DNA of 64,000 nt from an uncultured Candidatus Bathyarchaeia archaeon. GTDB taxonomy: Archaea > Thermoproteota > Bathyarchaeia > Hecatellales > Hecatellaceae. The translations under genes were made by a program, and so were the position numbers. The number at the start of each line of letters is the position of its first letter. Positions within the stretch are counted from its first letter, which is position 1. This document shows, one piece after another, positions 1 through 8,908 of the stretch. Below the pieces are notes generated by a model that worked only from the letters and a program-made list of their open reading frames with translations, was not told the DNA's origin and made no database searches. The stretch is taken from contig CAZMUQ010000002.1 in NCBI GenBank assembly GCA_964569845.1, forward strand, positions 919-64,918. Reading direction: 5' to 3'.

Positions 1-729
1 AGATATTGAGGATACTGCAACAATTAAACCCCAACCTGTGAAAGATACTGAGCCAGCATACCTTACAGCATAAAGCACAGCATAATAGTAAAGCATAGAA
101 ACAGCAAAAAGCAAAACAAAGCTTCTCAATAAAACAAGCCACCTAACCAGGAAACTTAAACCCAAAAAATCTTTAAATATACCTGTATAAGCCTTAAACA
201 ACATTTTAACATCAAAACCTTTAATCCTACTAATAGTTTCAGTAAGAAAAAGCCATCTAACCAAAGCTATTAAAACCATGATAACCCCGCTAAAAATAAA
301 ACCAAACCTTAAACCAAGAACACCATAAGAATCTCTTAAAAAACCTCCTAAAACTGGTGCAACAGTATAGGGTAAATGGTCAGCAATAAGAGCCAAAGTA
401 AATATGTTTACCAACCTATTTGAGGCTGTAGAATCCATTATCATAGCATTAAATGCTGGAAAATAGAAATACGAGATACCTTCACAAACTGCAGCCAAAA
501 TAAAGCTTGGAAAATCCTCAGCTAAAGCATACATAAGCTGAGAAAAACCCAGCAAAAAAGTTCCAACATATATTGGCTTCTTCCTACCAACACTATCAGC
601 TAAAAATCCACCCAAAACAATGAAAAACATACAGGTAAGACTTCTAATAGAGGAGACAATTCCAGCTACAACAACACAACCAGTTATACTGTAAATATAC
701 TCTGAAAGAAAAGGATAAGCAACACCCAT
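1..729 (-). CDS. MFS transporter, partial (C-terminus beyond window start)
   Basis: Reverse-strand translation from ATG at 729 gives MGVAYPFLSEYIYS...GGFLADSVGRKKPIYVG, which is MFS motif A (G-x-LaD-r-x-G-R-K), plus multiple hydrophobic TM segments. No stop before coordinate 1. An upstream in-frame TTG near 780 may be the true start. Not in the ORF track because it is partial. Confidence 0.6.
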   Translation of the reverse strand, partial: MGVAYPFLSEYIYSITGCVVVAGIVSSIRSLTCMFFIVLGGFLADSVGRKKPIYVGTFLLGFSQLMYALAEDFPSFILAAVCEGISYFYFPAFNAMIMDSTASNRLVNIFTLALIADHLPYTVAPVLGGFLRDSYGVLGLRFGFIFSGVIMVLIALVRWLFLTETISRIKGFDVKMLFKAYTGIFKDFLGLSFLVRWLVLLRSFVLLFAVSMLYYYAVLYAVRYAGSVSFTGWGLIVAVSSIS

Positions 730-879
730 AGACAAACTTAAAAAAGCACAACTAACAAGCAAAACCTTAACATTTGAATGAAAACTCTGAAACAACAAAA
801 TCCACCAAATATGCTAAGCAACTTAATTTAACCAAAGATTTCTAAGCATACTAGGTAACTTGAGTTTAGATTCTACTCT

Positions 880-1578
880 TTACATAAATCCTTCATCTTC
901 AGCTTTATACCTTTTAAGAAACTGCACCATAAATTTATGCCGCTTCTCAGCTATCCTCTTCCCGGTTTTTGTTTGCATAAGATCTTTCAACCATAAAAGT
1001 TTTGAGAAAAAATGGTAGATAGGTGTTGGATCTAACCCTTTAACATTCTTTTTAAGTTTTACAGGTTTTTCAGGATTCCATTCAACCCTACCAATTCTGT
1101 GTGCACCATAATATCCTGCTGTTGCAAATACTCTTGCTATACCTCTAGCACCCATAGCATCCAAAAAATCTGCATCCCTAACAACTTTAGCCTCTAAAGT
1201 TTTAGGTAAAACTCCTTTCTCATGCATTGTAAATGATGCAGAAATAATTGCTTCCTTAACCTGCTTAATTTCATCCAGGCTAAAACCTATCCTTTTAAGA
1301 AAAATTTCAGCCTCTTTAGCAGAATCCCTAGTTGTATAGCTAAACTTGCTGCTCCTACCTCCAGGATTAACATCATGAAAATATGCTGCTGGAACAACTA
1401 TCCTTAAATTTGCACCTTCAATTTTCCCAATTCTTTTAGCAAGCCTAACTACGCATTCAACATGCTCAAAATTGTGAGCTAAATCTAAACTTTTCATCCT
1501 TTTCTCAACAAAACTTCTAATCAAATTTTCCTCTCTCTTAGTAAGCTCCTCCATAATTCTTCCCACAAACATAAACAA
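880..1578 (-). CDS. HD-domain metal-dependent phosphohydrolase
   Basis: 232 aa with H..H...D signature (AHNFEHVECV...AAYFHDV...DADFLD) typical of the HD superfamily. Confidence 0.55.
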   Translation of the reverse strand: MFMFVGRIMEELTKREENLIRSFVEKRMKSLDLAHNFEHVECVVRLAKRIGKIEGANLRIVVPAAYFHDVNPGGRSSKFSYTTRDSAKEAEIFLKRIGFSLDEIKQVKEAIISASFTMHEKGVLPKTLEAKVVRDADFLDAMGARGIARVFATAGYYGAHRIGRVEWNPEKPVKLKKNVKGLDPTPIYHFFSKLLWLKDLMQTKTGKRIAEKRHKFMVQFLKRYKAEDEGFM

Positions 1579-1594
1579 TATTTAAATTAAAATT

Positions 1595-2380
1595 TTAGCC
1601 ACCAGCACATTTTAAAAATGCTTTCCAAAGCATAGGTAAAACTTCTGCAGCTTTCCCTCTTATAGATACAGTTACATAAGGTGTTAGCATTGTAGGATTA
1701 GGGTTTATTTCTAAAACTTTTGCTCCAGCTTTAGCTGCTATTAAAGGCATTTGAGATGCTGGTGAAACTACACCTGAAGTTCCTACAACCAAGAATAATT
1801 CTGCATATCTACTTGCAGTTAAAGCTGATGCTAAAATGTTAGGATCTATTGGTTCTCCAAACTGAACCACATGTGGACGTAAAGCTAAATTACATATACT
1901 GCAAACTGGTGGTAAAATTTTTAATGGTGTTTCAGGTAAATCAAAAATCCTTCCACATTTTAAGCATCTACCCTTCCACATACTTCCATGAAGCTCCAAA
2001 ACTCTTTTACTTCCAGCTCTAACATGTAAACCATCAACATTTTGAGTTATTAAGCAAAAATCTTCAAAAAACTTCTCCATTTCTGCAATAGTATAATGTG
2101 CAGCATTAGGTTTACATTGGCTTACAAGTTTTCTTCTCCACTCATAAAACTCCCATGTTTCTCTAGTATTCCATGGAGGTCCAGCTTTACTTGCAAGCCT
2201 TCTCGCTTCAGGAATCTCCCACATAGAACCCTTACCCCTAAAAACTGGTACACCACTTTCAGCAGAAACACCTGCACCAGTAAGTATAACAACCTTTAAC
2301 TTTGGAGATATAGCTAACTCTAACCCTTTAACCAACTTTACAATTCTAGAAAAATCTCCATCAAACTCGTACTCCAACAT
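1595..2380 (-). CDS. cobB: NAD-dependent protein deacylase (Sir2 family)
   Basis: GAGVSAESGVPVFRG Rossmann motif, QNVDGLH, and Cys4 zinc site CLKCGR...CSIC. Confidence 0.85.
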   Translation of the reverse strand: MLEYEFDGDFSRIVKLVKGLELAISPKLKVVILTGAGVSAESGVPVFRGKGSMWEIPEARRLASKAGPPWNTRETWEFYEWRRKLVSQCKPNAAHYTIAEMEKFFEDFCLITQNVDGLHVRAGSKRVLELHGSMWKGRCLKCGRIFDLPETPLKILPPVCSICNLALRPHVVQFGEPIDPNILASALTASRYAELFLVVGTSGVVSPASQMPLIAAKAGAKVLEINPNPTMLTPYVTVSIRGKAAEVLPMLWKAFLKCAGG

Positions 2381-2483
2381 TACTTAACCATCAAAAGTAA
2401 AAATTTCCATTTAAAAAAGTTTTGCTAAAATTTTAAAACTTCTAAATTGTTTATGAATTTTTAGTGGAGGAGGTGGCTTAACA

Positions 2484-3059
2484 ATGGCTAAAGTGCTGGT
2501 TTTTCTTGCTTCAGGTTTTGAGGAAATAGAATTCTCCTCCATTGTTGATATTTTAAGAAGAGCTGGTGTTGAGGTTGTTGTAGCGGGCTTAGAACCTAAT
2601 CTAGTTGAAGGTGCCCATGGAGTTAAGGTTGCACCTGATGTAAACATTGAAAATGTTGACGTCAAGGATTTTGATGCAATTATATGTCCTGGAGGTTATC
2701 CTGGATTTGAGAATCTAAGAAAAAATCAAAAGGTTCTTGAACTTGTAAAACAAGCTTTCGAGTCGGATAAGGTTGTAGCAGCAATCTGTGGAGCACCAAC
2801 AGTTCTCTCAGATGCAGGAGTTCTAAAAGGTAAAGCATGCACAATCTATCCAGGATTAGAAGAAGAACTTTCAAAAGGCGGGGGGAAACCAAGAAAGAAA
2901 GGATTAGTTGTAGTTGATGGAAAAATTGTTACAAGCAAAGGTCCAGCAACAGCGATACCTTTCGCACTAAAATTAGCAGAAATACTCGCTGGAGAAGATA
3001 CTGCTAAAAGAGTTGAAAAGGAAATTTTAGCAGATTTAGCATTGAAAAAATCAAAATAA
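2484..3059 (+). CDS. DJ-1/PfpI family protein
   Basis: 191 aa with VLVFLASGFEEIE and nucleophile elbow AICGAP. Confidence 0.8.
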   Translation: MAKVLVFLASGFEEIEFSSIVDILRRAGVEVVVAGLEPNLVEGAHGVKVAPDVNIENVDVKDFDAIICPGGYPGFENLRKNQKVLELVKQAFESDKVVAAICGAPTVLSDAGVLKGKACTIYPGLEEELSKGGGKPRKKGLVVVDGKIVTSKGPATAIPFALKLAEILAGEDTAKRVEKEILADLALKKSK

Positions 3060-3082
3060 TATTTTGTTAAACTTTTCTCTTT

Positions 3083-3547
3083 TTGTTTGAAGTAGCTAAA
3101 ACCAAAAAGTATATTTTTGTGCTTATGCACATTTCTCTTGAAAAACCTAGCAATTTTCAGGTGATTAAAATAGTCCACACAAAAACTTTAACACATCAAG
3201 AATGTATCCACTTCAGCAATGGGGTTTGTACATTCTACAATATCCCTGTAGACCCAAATCAACCAGCATGCCCAAACTTTACACCTAAAACTGCAGCTTC
3301 AATAACTCCAATACCAGCAATACCTTTCAAAAAAGTAGGATTAGGATACGGTAGTGTACCCTATAGAAGGTATGGTTGGGGAAGGGGGCTAAGATACAGA
3401 ATGGGATGGTATCAACCTACACACATACTCCAAAAATTTACTCAAGATAGAAGCCAAGAAATTTTAATGCTGGAAAGATGGGTAGAAATTTTGCAGCAAA
3501 AATTAAATCAAATTAGGGAAAAAATAAGGCAAATACGAAGGTTTTAG
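3083..3547 (+). CDS. hypothetical protein with Gly/Arg/Tyr-rich segment and C-terminal coiled coil
   Basis: 154 aa ORF in the gap between DJ-1 and the Nuo fusion. Contains GYGSVPYRRYGWGRGLRYRMGWY followed by a heptad-like tail. No recognisable family. Start uncertain. Confidence 0.3.
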   Translation: MFEVAKTKKYIFVLMHISLEKPSNFQVIKIVHTKTLTHQECIHFSNGVCTFYNIPVDPNQPACPNFTPKTAASITPIPAIPFKKVGLGYGSVPYRRYGWGRGLRYRMGWYQPTHILQKFTQDRSQEILMLERWVEILQQKLNQIREKIRQIRRF

Positions 3548-3557
3548 TTAGAGAAAA

Positions 3558-5552
3558 CTATCTATCGTGGTCTGCTGGACAATTATCCATACTCCAATAG
3601 ATTACTGGAATATCAGCTAGCTTATGTCCTTCCAAAATTTTTGGCATAGCAACCAGTATATTATCAAATGTGGGCCCTCTAATCTTAACTCTATAAGGCT
3701 TATTTTCTCCATTACTTACCAGATGGAAGCATAATTCTCCTCTTGCACTTTCAACACAATGGATAGCTTCACCTTTAGGAATGGGTGAAAAAGGTGAAAG
3801 CATAAAACCTTTCCTTGATGTTTTTTCAACCAACTTTCCTTCAGGTATCTTTTCAACAAGATTTTCCACCATGTAAAGACTTTCTTCAATTTCTTTTCTT
3901 CTACATAACATTCTAGCATAAGCATCCCCATCATCCAAAGTTATAACATTAAAATCTAATTCATCATAAGCCTCATAAGGCATAGTTCTTCTTAAATCAA
4001 GGTTAATTCCTGAAGCTCTTGCATTTGGTCCAGTTACATCCAAATCTATAGCAGTATCCTTAGATATTTTCCCTACATCTTTTGTCCTAGCTTTAAAAAG
4101 CGGGTTATCATAGCATAAATCATCATAAAATTCAAGCCTTTTCAACATGTATTTTACTGTCTCCTTAACATCATCCTTAAAATTTGAGGGGACATCTCTT
4201 CTAACCCCTCCAGGAATATTGTAAACATGATATATTCTACCCCCTGTCAACTTTTCTAGCAACAAAAGAGTTTTCTCCCTATCACCCCATGCAATCCTTG
4301 TTACAGTGTCAAAACCTACAGATGCACCTAAAAGACCCAAATTTATTAGATGACTTTGTATTCTACTTAGCTCAGCTTGAATCATTCTAAGATACTTTGC
4401 TCTTTTAGGTATATCAACATCAGCCAACTTTTCAACAGCTTCTATATACCCCAACTCATAACTTGCACCATCAAGCACACATACACGCTGAACAATCATA
4501 ATATTCTGCCACCAAGTTCTATACTCCATAAGTTTCTCAAATCCTCTATGAAGATAACCAGGATTAGGTCTAGCACTCTTAATATTTTCTCCTTCAAGCT
4601 TAAAGTAAACATCAAAATTACCTGAAGCAGGATGCTGCGGCCCAAAAGGTATTGAATATTCTTCAGGATCTTTTACTTCCTCCTCGTAAGGTGGAAGATT
4701 AAGAAGACCATTTTCCTTGTTTACCTCTTCCTCCTTCCCCATATATCCACTTTGAATAGCATGCATAGCTAAAACAACAGCTAAACCAATTGGTTCAGGT
4801 CTAGGAGGACAGCCAGCAACCATTATATCTACAGGAATATACTTTTCAAGGTTTTTTATTGTATTATAACTATCCCAGTAAGTTCCACCATTAAGTGGGC
4901 AACATCCTAAAGTCACCACAAATTTTGGACGTGGCATCTGCTCATATATGCGGATTATTCTTCTAAGAGTTTTTACAGTTACATATCCACCTATAAGTAG
5001 TACATCTGAATGTCTAGGTGAACCTTTAGCTAGCATACCAAACCTTTCCATATCAAATCCACTACTAACCCATGGAATAGCCTCTATAAAGCAGCAACCA
5101 GTAAAGTAGTTGTTAACCCATAAACTCCAAGATAAAGCCCAATTCCGGATTCCCTTAATTTTTGGTGGGGTAGGGTGTTCAAGCTTTGGAGGTTCAGAAA
5201 GCTTCTCTGGCGAGTAAACTAAGTTATCCCTGTTAAAAACTACTAAGAATGGGAAGTTTGAAAATTTAAGTGCTTCACGAGGACAAATATCAACACATAA
5301 TCCACAAAAACAACATTTGCTGTAATCTATCTGGGGATAGAAAGCCTTTTTCCCCTTTCTCTCCACTTCAACCATGGTAATAGCCAAGTTTGGGCATATT
5401 TTTTCACATAAACCACAACCAACACACTTATCCATATCAAGTATATGTCTTCCTCTGAAAACATCAGTAAGAGGAGCTTCGGGTGGAAAATTAAAGGTTA
5501 TAGGTTTACCAGTTAACATTTTAAACTCAGCATTTAAAAGACCCATAAACAA
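3558..5552 (-). CDS. fused NuoI-like ferredoxin / NuoB-like / NuoD-like subunit (complex I / Mbx-type Q-module)
   Basis: 664 aa. The N-terminus carries two 4Fe-4S motifs (CVGCGLCEKICP, CCFCGLCVDICP). The middle has NuoB cluster-N2 ligands (GCCFIE, LGCCPLNGG, GCPPRPE). The C-terminal half is NuoD/[NiFe] large-subunit-like (FGPQHPASG, RVCVLDGASY, C-terminal DNCPADHDR). Confidence 0.8.
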   Translation of the reverse strand: MFMGLLNAEFKMLTGKPITFNFPPEAPLTDVFRGRHILDMDKCVGCGLCEKICPNLAITMVEVERKGKKAFYPQIDYSKCCFCGLCVDICPREALKFSNFPFLVVFNRDNLVYSPEKLSEPPKLEHPTPPKIKGIRNWALSWSLWVNNYFTGCCFIEAIPWVSSGFDMERFGMLAKGSPRHSDVLLIGGYVTVKTLRRIIRIYEQMPRPKFVVTLGCCPLNGGTYWDSYNTIKNLEKYIPVDIMVAGCPPRPEPIGLAVVLAMHAIQSGYMGKEEEVNKENGLLNLPPYEEEVKDPEEYSIPFGPQHPASGNFDVYFKLEGENIKSARPNPGYLHRGFEKLMEYRTWWQNIMIVQRVCVLDGASYELGYIEAVEKLADVDIPKRAKYLRMIQAELSRIQSHLINLGLLGASVGFDTVTRIAWGDREKTLLLLEKLTGGRIYHVYNIPGGVRRDVPSNFKDDVKETVKYMLKRLEFYDDLCYDNPLFKARTKDVGKISKDTAIDLDVTGPNARASGINLDLRRTMPYEAYDELDFNVITLDDGDAYARMLCRRKEIEESLYMVENLVEKIPEGKLVEKTSRKGFMLSPFSPIPKGEAIHCVESARGELCFHLVSNGENKPYRVKIRGPTFDNILVAMPKILEGHKLADIPVIYWSMDNCPADHDR

Positions 5553-5556
5553 TCAC

Positions 5557-6141
5557 CTACCATTTTTTACCATAAACTTTTTCCACATATTCCCTTGAAT
5601 TAAAATCCTTCCTAAATGGTGGAATATCCCTCCACGCTTCAAGAAGCAGGGGTTTTAATATTAAATTTCCTTCAAAAACTATGCCAAATAATTCCCATGT
5701 TTCTCTCTCATGCATAGCACTATTTTCCCATAAATCAGATAAGCTTTGAATTTTTGGCTCCTTTCTTGGAATTTCTGTACTAACTTTAGCATACAGGTTT
5801 TCTGAGGGATTATAGAGTAAGAAGTATACCTCAAATTTTCCTCTTTCTAGCCAGTCAATAGCTGAAACTGTAAGAAGTCTTTTGAAACCTCTAGCCTTCA
5901 AATTTTTAGCAACCGTATAGTAATGGATGTCCGGAATTTTTATGAATAAAAACTTGTCTTGAAATGTATATTCAGCATTAAACTTTGATTTTAAATCTTT
6001 CAAAATGTCAATACTATTATTCAGTATTACTCCCTCCCGCTCAGTAATATTAAAAAGACAATAATTGCATATGCACAAAATTAAATAAAAGCTTTTCCAA
6101 CAAACAACAGTAAAAACACAAAATTCAAAATCAAAGAACAT
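5557..6141 (-). CDS. NuoC-like (30 kDa) subunit
   Basis: LLTVSAIDWLERGKFEVYFLLYNP...ERETWELFGIVFEGN matches NuoC. The first ~30 residues of the track ORF (Cys/Phe-rich) look like read-through of upstream DNA. The true start is probably an internal TTG near 6000. Confidence 0.75.
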   Translation of the reverse strand: MFFDFEFCVFTVVCWKSFYLILCICNYCLFNITEREGVILNNSIDILKDLKSKFNAEYTFQDKFLFIKIPDIHYYTVAKNLKARGFKRLLTVSAIDWLERGKFEVYFLLYNPSENLYAKVSTEIPRKEPKIQSLSDLWENSAMHERETWELFGIVFEGNLILKPLLLEAWRDIPPFRKDFNSREYVEKVYGKKW

Positions 6142-6372
6142 CTAAATTGGGTAAGCACCACAAATTCTACAGTATTTTGAGTTTTTTGCTATTCCACCAC
6201 ATTTTGGGCATGGTTTTTCTTCCCCTTTAGGGGGAGGTATCTTACCCACAATTCTAAGGTATAATTTTAGATAGTATGCTTGCTCTTGACTACCTAATTT
6301 TACAAGATTTGACAATTCATCAAATTCTTCCGGCTTTACCTTAAAAATTTCACTTAAACTTAATACTTCCAC
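6142..6372 (-). CDS. small zinc-ribbon protein (possibly the third fragment of the disrupted upstream gene)
   Basis: 76 aa ending CPKCGG...YCRICG. GTG start overlaps the previous ORF by 23 nt in the +1 frame. Confidence 0.35.
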   Translation of the reverse strand: MEVLSLSEIFKVKPEEFDELSNLVKLGSQEQAYYLKLYLRIVGKIPPPKGEEKPCPKCGGIAKNSKYCRICGAYPI

Positions 6373-7095
6373 TTCCAGCTTCTATAGGATATTTACTTCT
6401 CCATATGACTTCAGTAGGTAAGAAATTTTTAAAAGCTTCACGCAGAATCCATTTCCCATACTTTGTACCATTCCTATCTACTACCTTAAATTCAGCAGGG
6501 ATTTCTAAGGCAAGCTTAACTATTTTTTCATCTAAAAATGGTTGAAAAACCTTCAACCCCAAACTTTCACCAAGAAGCTTAGAAGCAAAAAACCAGTGTT
6601 TCACGATATTCTTTATCCAATTATCTATCTCATAAGGCTCAAGATTAAATAGAAATGGGTAACCAGCAAACAATTCATCTCCACCATCCCCAGTAATTAC
6701 AGAGTTTAACCCTAACATTTTCACCTCCTTCATAGCTATGTAAATTGAAATATCGTTTCTAATTTCTACAGGGTCAAAGCTTTTAACAATCCTAATTACA
6801 TGTTTCGCTACTTCCTCCGCTTCTCCCACACTAAAAAATTTAATATGTGAATAGGAAACTTAAAATATTCAGCAACAAGCTTAGCATAATAAACATCTGA
6901 AGCTTCACTTCCAGTAAACCCTACAGTTACTGAGTGAGGCTTAAAATAGCGGCTAACCAAGTATGCTAAGATAGATGTGTCAAGACCTCCGGAAAGTAGA
7001 ATAGCATCAGCATTATAATCTTTAATAACTTCGCCAAAAACTTTTAAGATCCTATCTTTAAGTAAGTATTTTTTAGACATAAGCTTCCTCCGCAT
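6350..7095 (-). pseudogene. asparagine synthetase-like PP-loop amidotransferase domain, split into two overlapping ORFs and lacking the N-terminal glutaminase domain
   Basis: ORF 6808..7095 carries the PP-loop LLSGGLDTSILAYL. ORF 6350..6829 carries GDGGDELFAGY (AsnB synthase-domain motif). Both belong to one domain but are in different frames, with a +1 shift at a T6 run near 6825. No glutamine-amidotransferase N-domain is present upstream. Confidence 0.5.
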
Positions 7096-7366
7096 GTAAA
7101 CCTTATGTCAAGCCTTACCTTTTCTTCTTTCACTCTGACTTTTAAACCTACTAATACATCTGCAACCTCTCCTTTTCTCCTCACCAGTTCTGCTTGGTTA
7201 AGTGTTGTAAAGTAGACGTTGTAAAAGTGGAAAATAAAGTAAAAAGGTAAATTTAACTTTTAACATTAATTCAAAGTTTTATGAAAAAATGAGCATTTGA
7301 GCAAAATATGGAAAAAATTTTTGTGTCTTTAACTCTCTTAATAGGTAGAATATGGAGTGAGGTTTC

Positions 7367-8164
7367 TTGAGTTTAACAAAGAATTCTCTTCAACTTGACT
7401 TTTCACTAGTTAAACAGAAAATTATCAAGTTTATTTTAAGACATGTTAAGAAAGCAGAAGCTGAAGGAGTTGTAATTGGGCTTAGTGGTGGTGTTGATTC
7501 TTCCACAGTAGCAAGTTTATGTGTTTCAGCTTTAGGTGCTGACAAAGTTTTAGGTTTAATTATGCCTTCAACCACAACAAGTCAGGAGGATATTAATGAT
7601 GCTAAACTTATAGCTGAAAATCTTGGAATTAAATATGAAGTTATAAATATATCACCTATCGAAGAAAAATTCTTAGCTTCATGTAGCCATCAAGATTTAT
7701 CTAACAAGGTTGCTATTGGTAACATTAAACCAAGAATTCGAATGACAATTTTATACTATCATGCAAACCTCCTTAACAGACTTGTTGTTGGCACTGGAAA
7801 CAAAACAGAAATTTTAGTTGGCTACTACACTAAGTATGGAGATGGCGGTGTGGATATTCTACCTTTAGGAGGTTTATATAAAACTCAGGTTAGATGGTTA
7901 GCAGAATACTTAAATGTTCCTAATCACATAATCTGGAAGACGCCAACAGCAGGCTTATGGGCTGGTCAAACAGATGAAGAAGAGCTAGGAATAAAATATG
8001 ACCTATTAGATTTAATTCTCTACGGTTTAATAGACCTAAGAATGAAACCCCAAGAAGTGGCCGAAAATATAGGAATACAAATCGAAACCGTCAATAGAGT
8101 TTTAAAGATGATAAAAAGCAGTGAGCATAAAAGAAAACTGATACCTGTTGCTAATATTAAGTAA
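7367..8164 (+). CDS. nadE: NH3-dependent NAD+ synthetase
   Basis: 265 aa with PP-loop VVIGLSGGVDSSTVASLC and overall NadE-like sequence. Confidence 0.85.
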   Translation: MSLTKNSLQLDFSLVKQKIIKFILRHVKKAEAEGVVIGLSGGVDSSTVASLCVSALGADKVLGLIMPSTTTSQEDINDAKLIAENLGIKYEVINISPIEEKFLASCSHQDLSNKVAIGNIKPRIRMTILYYHANLLNRLVVGTGNKTEILVGYYTKYGDGGVDILPLGGLYKTQVRWLAEYLNVPNHIIWKTPTAGLWAGQTDEEELGIKYDLLDLILYGLIDLRMKPQEVAENIGIQIETVNRVLKMIKSSEHKRKLIPVANIK

Positions 8165-8213
8165 ACATAAACTAATAATATGATGAAACAATGAATACCA
8201 AGAATCTTAAAAA

Positions 8214-8459
8214 TTAATCTGTTCTTCCCCTATTTTTTAAGTATTCTGTATAAAGGTCCTGCTTTTGGATGTTGTACTGTTTGCACATACTATTCTTTAG
8301 CTTCCCCTTAGTTGGACATTCCCGTTTTTGAGGGTAAAGCCAACAGTAAAATTCTCCATCTTTGTCCGGTTGATAGAGAATACAATAATCACTAGACCCA
8401 GCTTTCTCAGTTTTTGTTTTATAAAAAACCTTTTGAAGAAAATTTATAACCCTTGTCAA
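8214..8459 (-). CDS. hypothetical small Cys-containing protein
   Basis: 81 aa with 5 Cys. No recognisable family. Confidence 0.3.
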   Translation of the reverse strand: MTRVINFLQKVFYKTKTEKAGSSDYCILYQPDKDGEFYCWLYPQKRECPTKGKLKNSMCKQYNIQKQDLYTEYLKNRGRTD

Positions 8460-8777
8460 GAAATCCTCCCCGGAAAAACGAAATTATGGTTAAATTGTAA
8501 ACATATATAAACATTTTTGTTTAAAAATGTACATTACCAAAAATCCCAACAAAAACAGTATGGTGTGTTCGGTTCCCCGCCTAATAGAGGTTCTAGTTAC
8601 TAGTAGCTTTACTAGTAGGACGGTTGAAACAGTAACAGAAAACCGTAACCAAGCTTCCCATGTAAACCTGGAAAACCTGAAACTAAGCTTAAAACAGGGA
8701 AACAACCAAAATTTAAGCTCCAACCTTGAAAACAGGGAAAAAACGGGGATTATAAGGCGTTTCACCCCTTATATAGC

Positions 8778-8851
8778 GGGTCCGGTGGGATTTGAACCCA
8801 CGACCAACAGCTTAGGAGGCTGCCGCGCTATCCTGGCTGCGCTACGGACCC
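8778..8851 (-). tRNA. tRNA-Arg (anticodon CCU)
   Basis: Reverse complement folds into a cloverleaf: acceptor GGGUCCG/CGGACCC, D-stem GCGC/GCGC, anticodon stem GCAGC/GCUGU with loop CUCCUAA, T-arm GUGGG-UUCAAAU-CCCAC. 74 nt, no encoded CCA. Confidence 0.85.
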
Positions 8852-8908
8852 TTTTTTTAGCTCTATGTGATTTATCTTGGCCTGTTAAATTTAAGTTTTA
8901 AGTCTTTT

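Noticed and set aside
2411-3178. Three minus-strand ORFs (2411..2665, 2680..2892, 2846..3178)
   Set aside because: All are antisense or overlapping to the DJ-1/PfpI gene or its flanks. Low-complexity translations.
3558-5552. Considered calling the NuoD-like domain a [NiFe] hydrogenase large subunit
   Set aside because: Both NiFe-binding Cys pairs are incomplete (one Cys each), so a functional hydrogenase site is unlikely. Kept as a Nuo/Mbx-like call.
8171-8200. AUGAUGA motif downstream of nadE as a C/D box sRNA
   Set aside because: No CUGA D or D' box within the expected distance.
8688-8746. Possible mini-CRISPR from the direct repeats near tRNA-Arg
   Set aside because: Only two imperfect ~20-nt copies, with no regular repeat-spacer periodicity and no cas genes. 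Not a CRISPR array.
8460-8777. Possible RNase P or SRP RNA in the tRNA-adjacent non-coding region
   Set aside because: It lacks the P4 helix consensus and the SRP helix-8 motifs. GC content is much lower than the other structural RNAs in the window.
8527-8901. 124-aa plus-strand ORF
   Set aside because: It overlaps and runs antisense through tRNA-Arg and the structured intergenic region. No coding signal.
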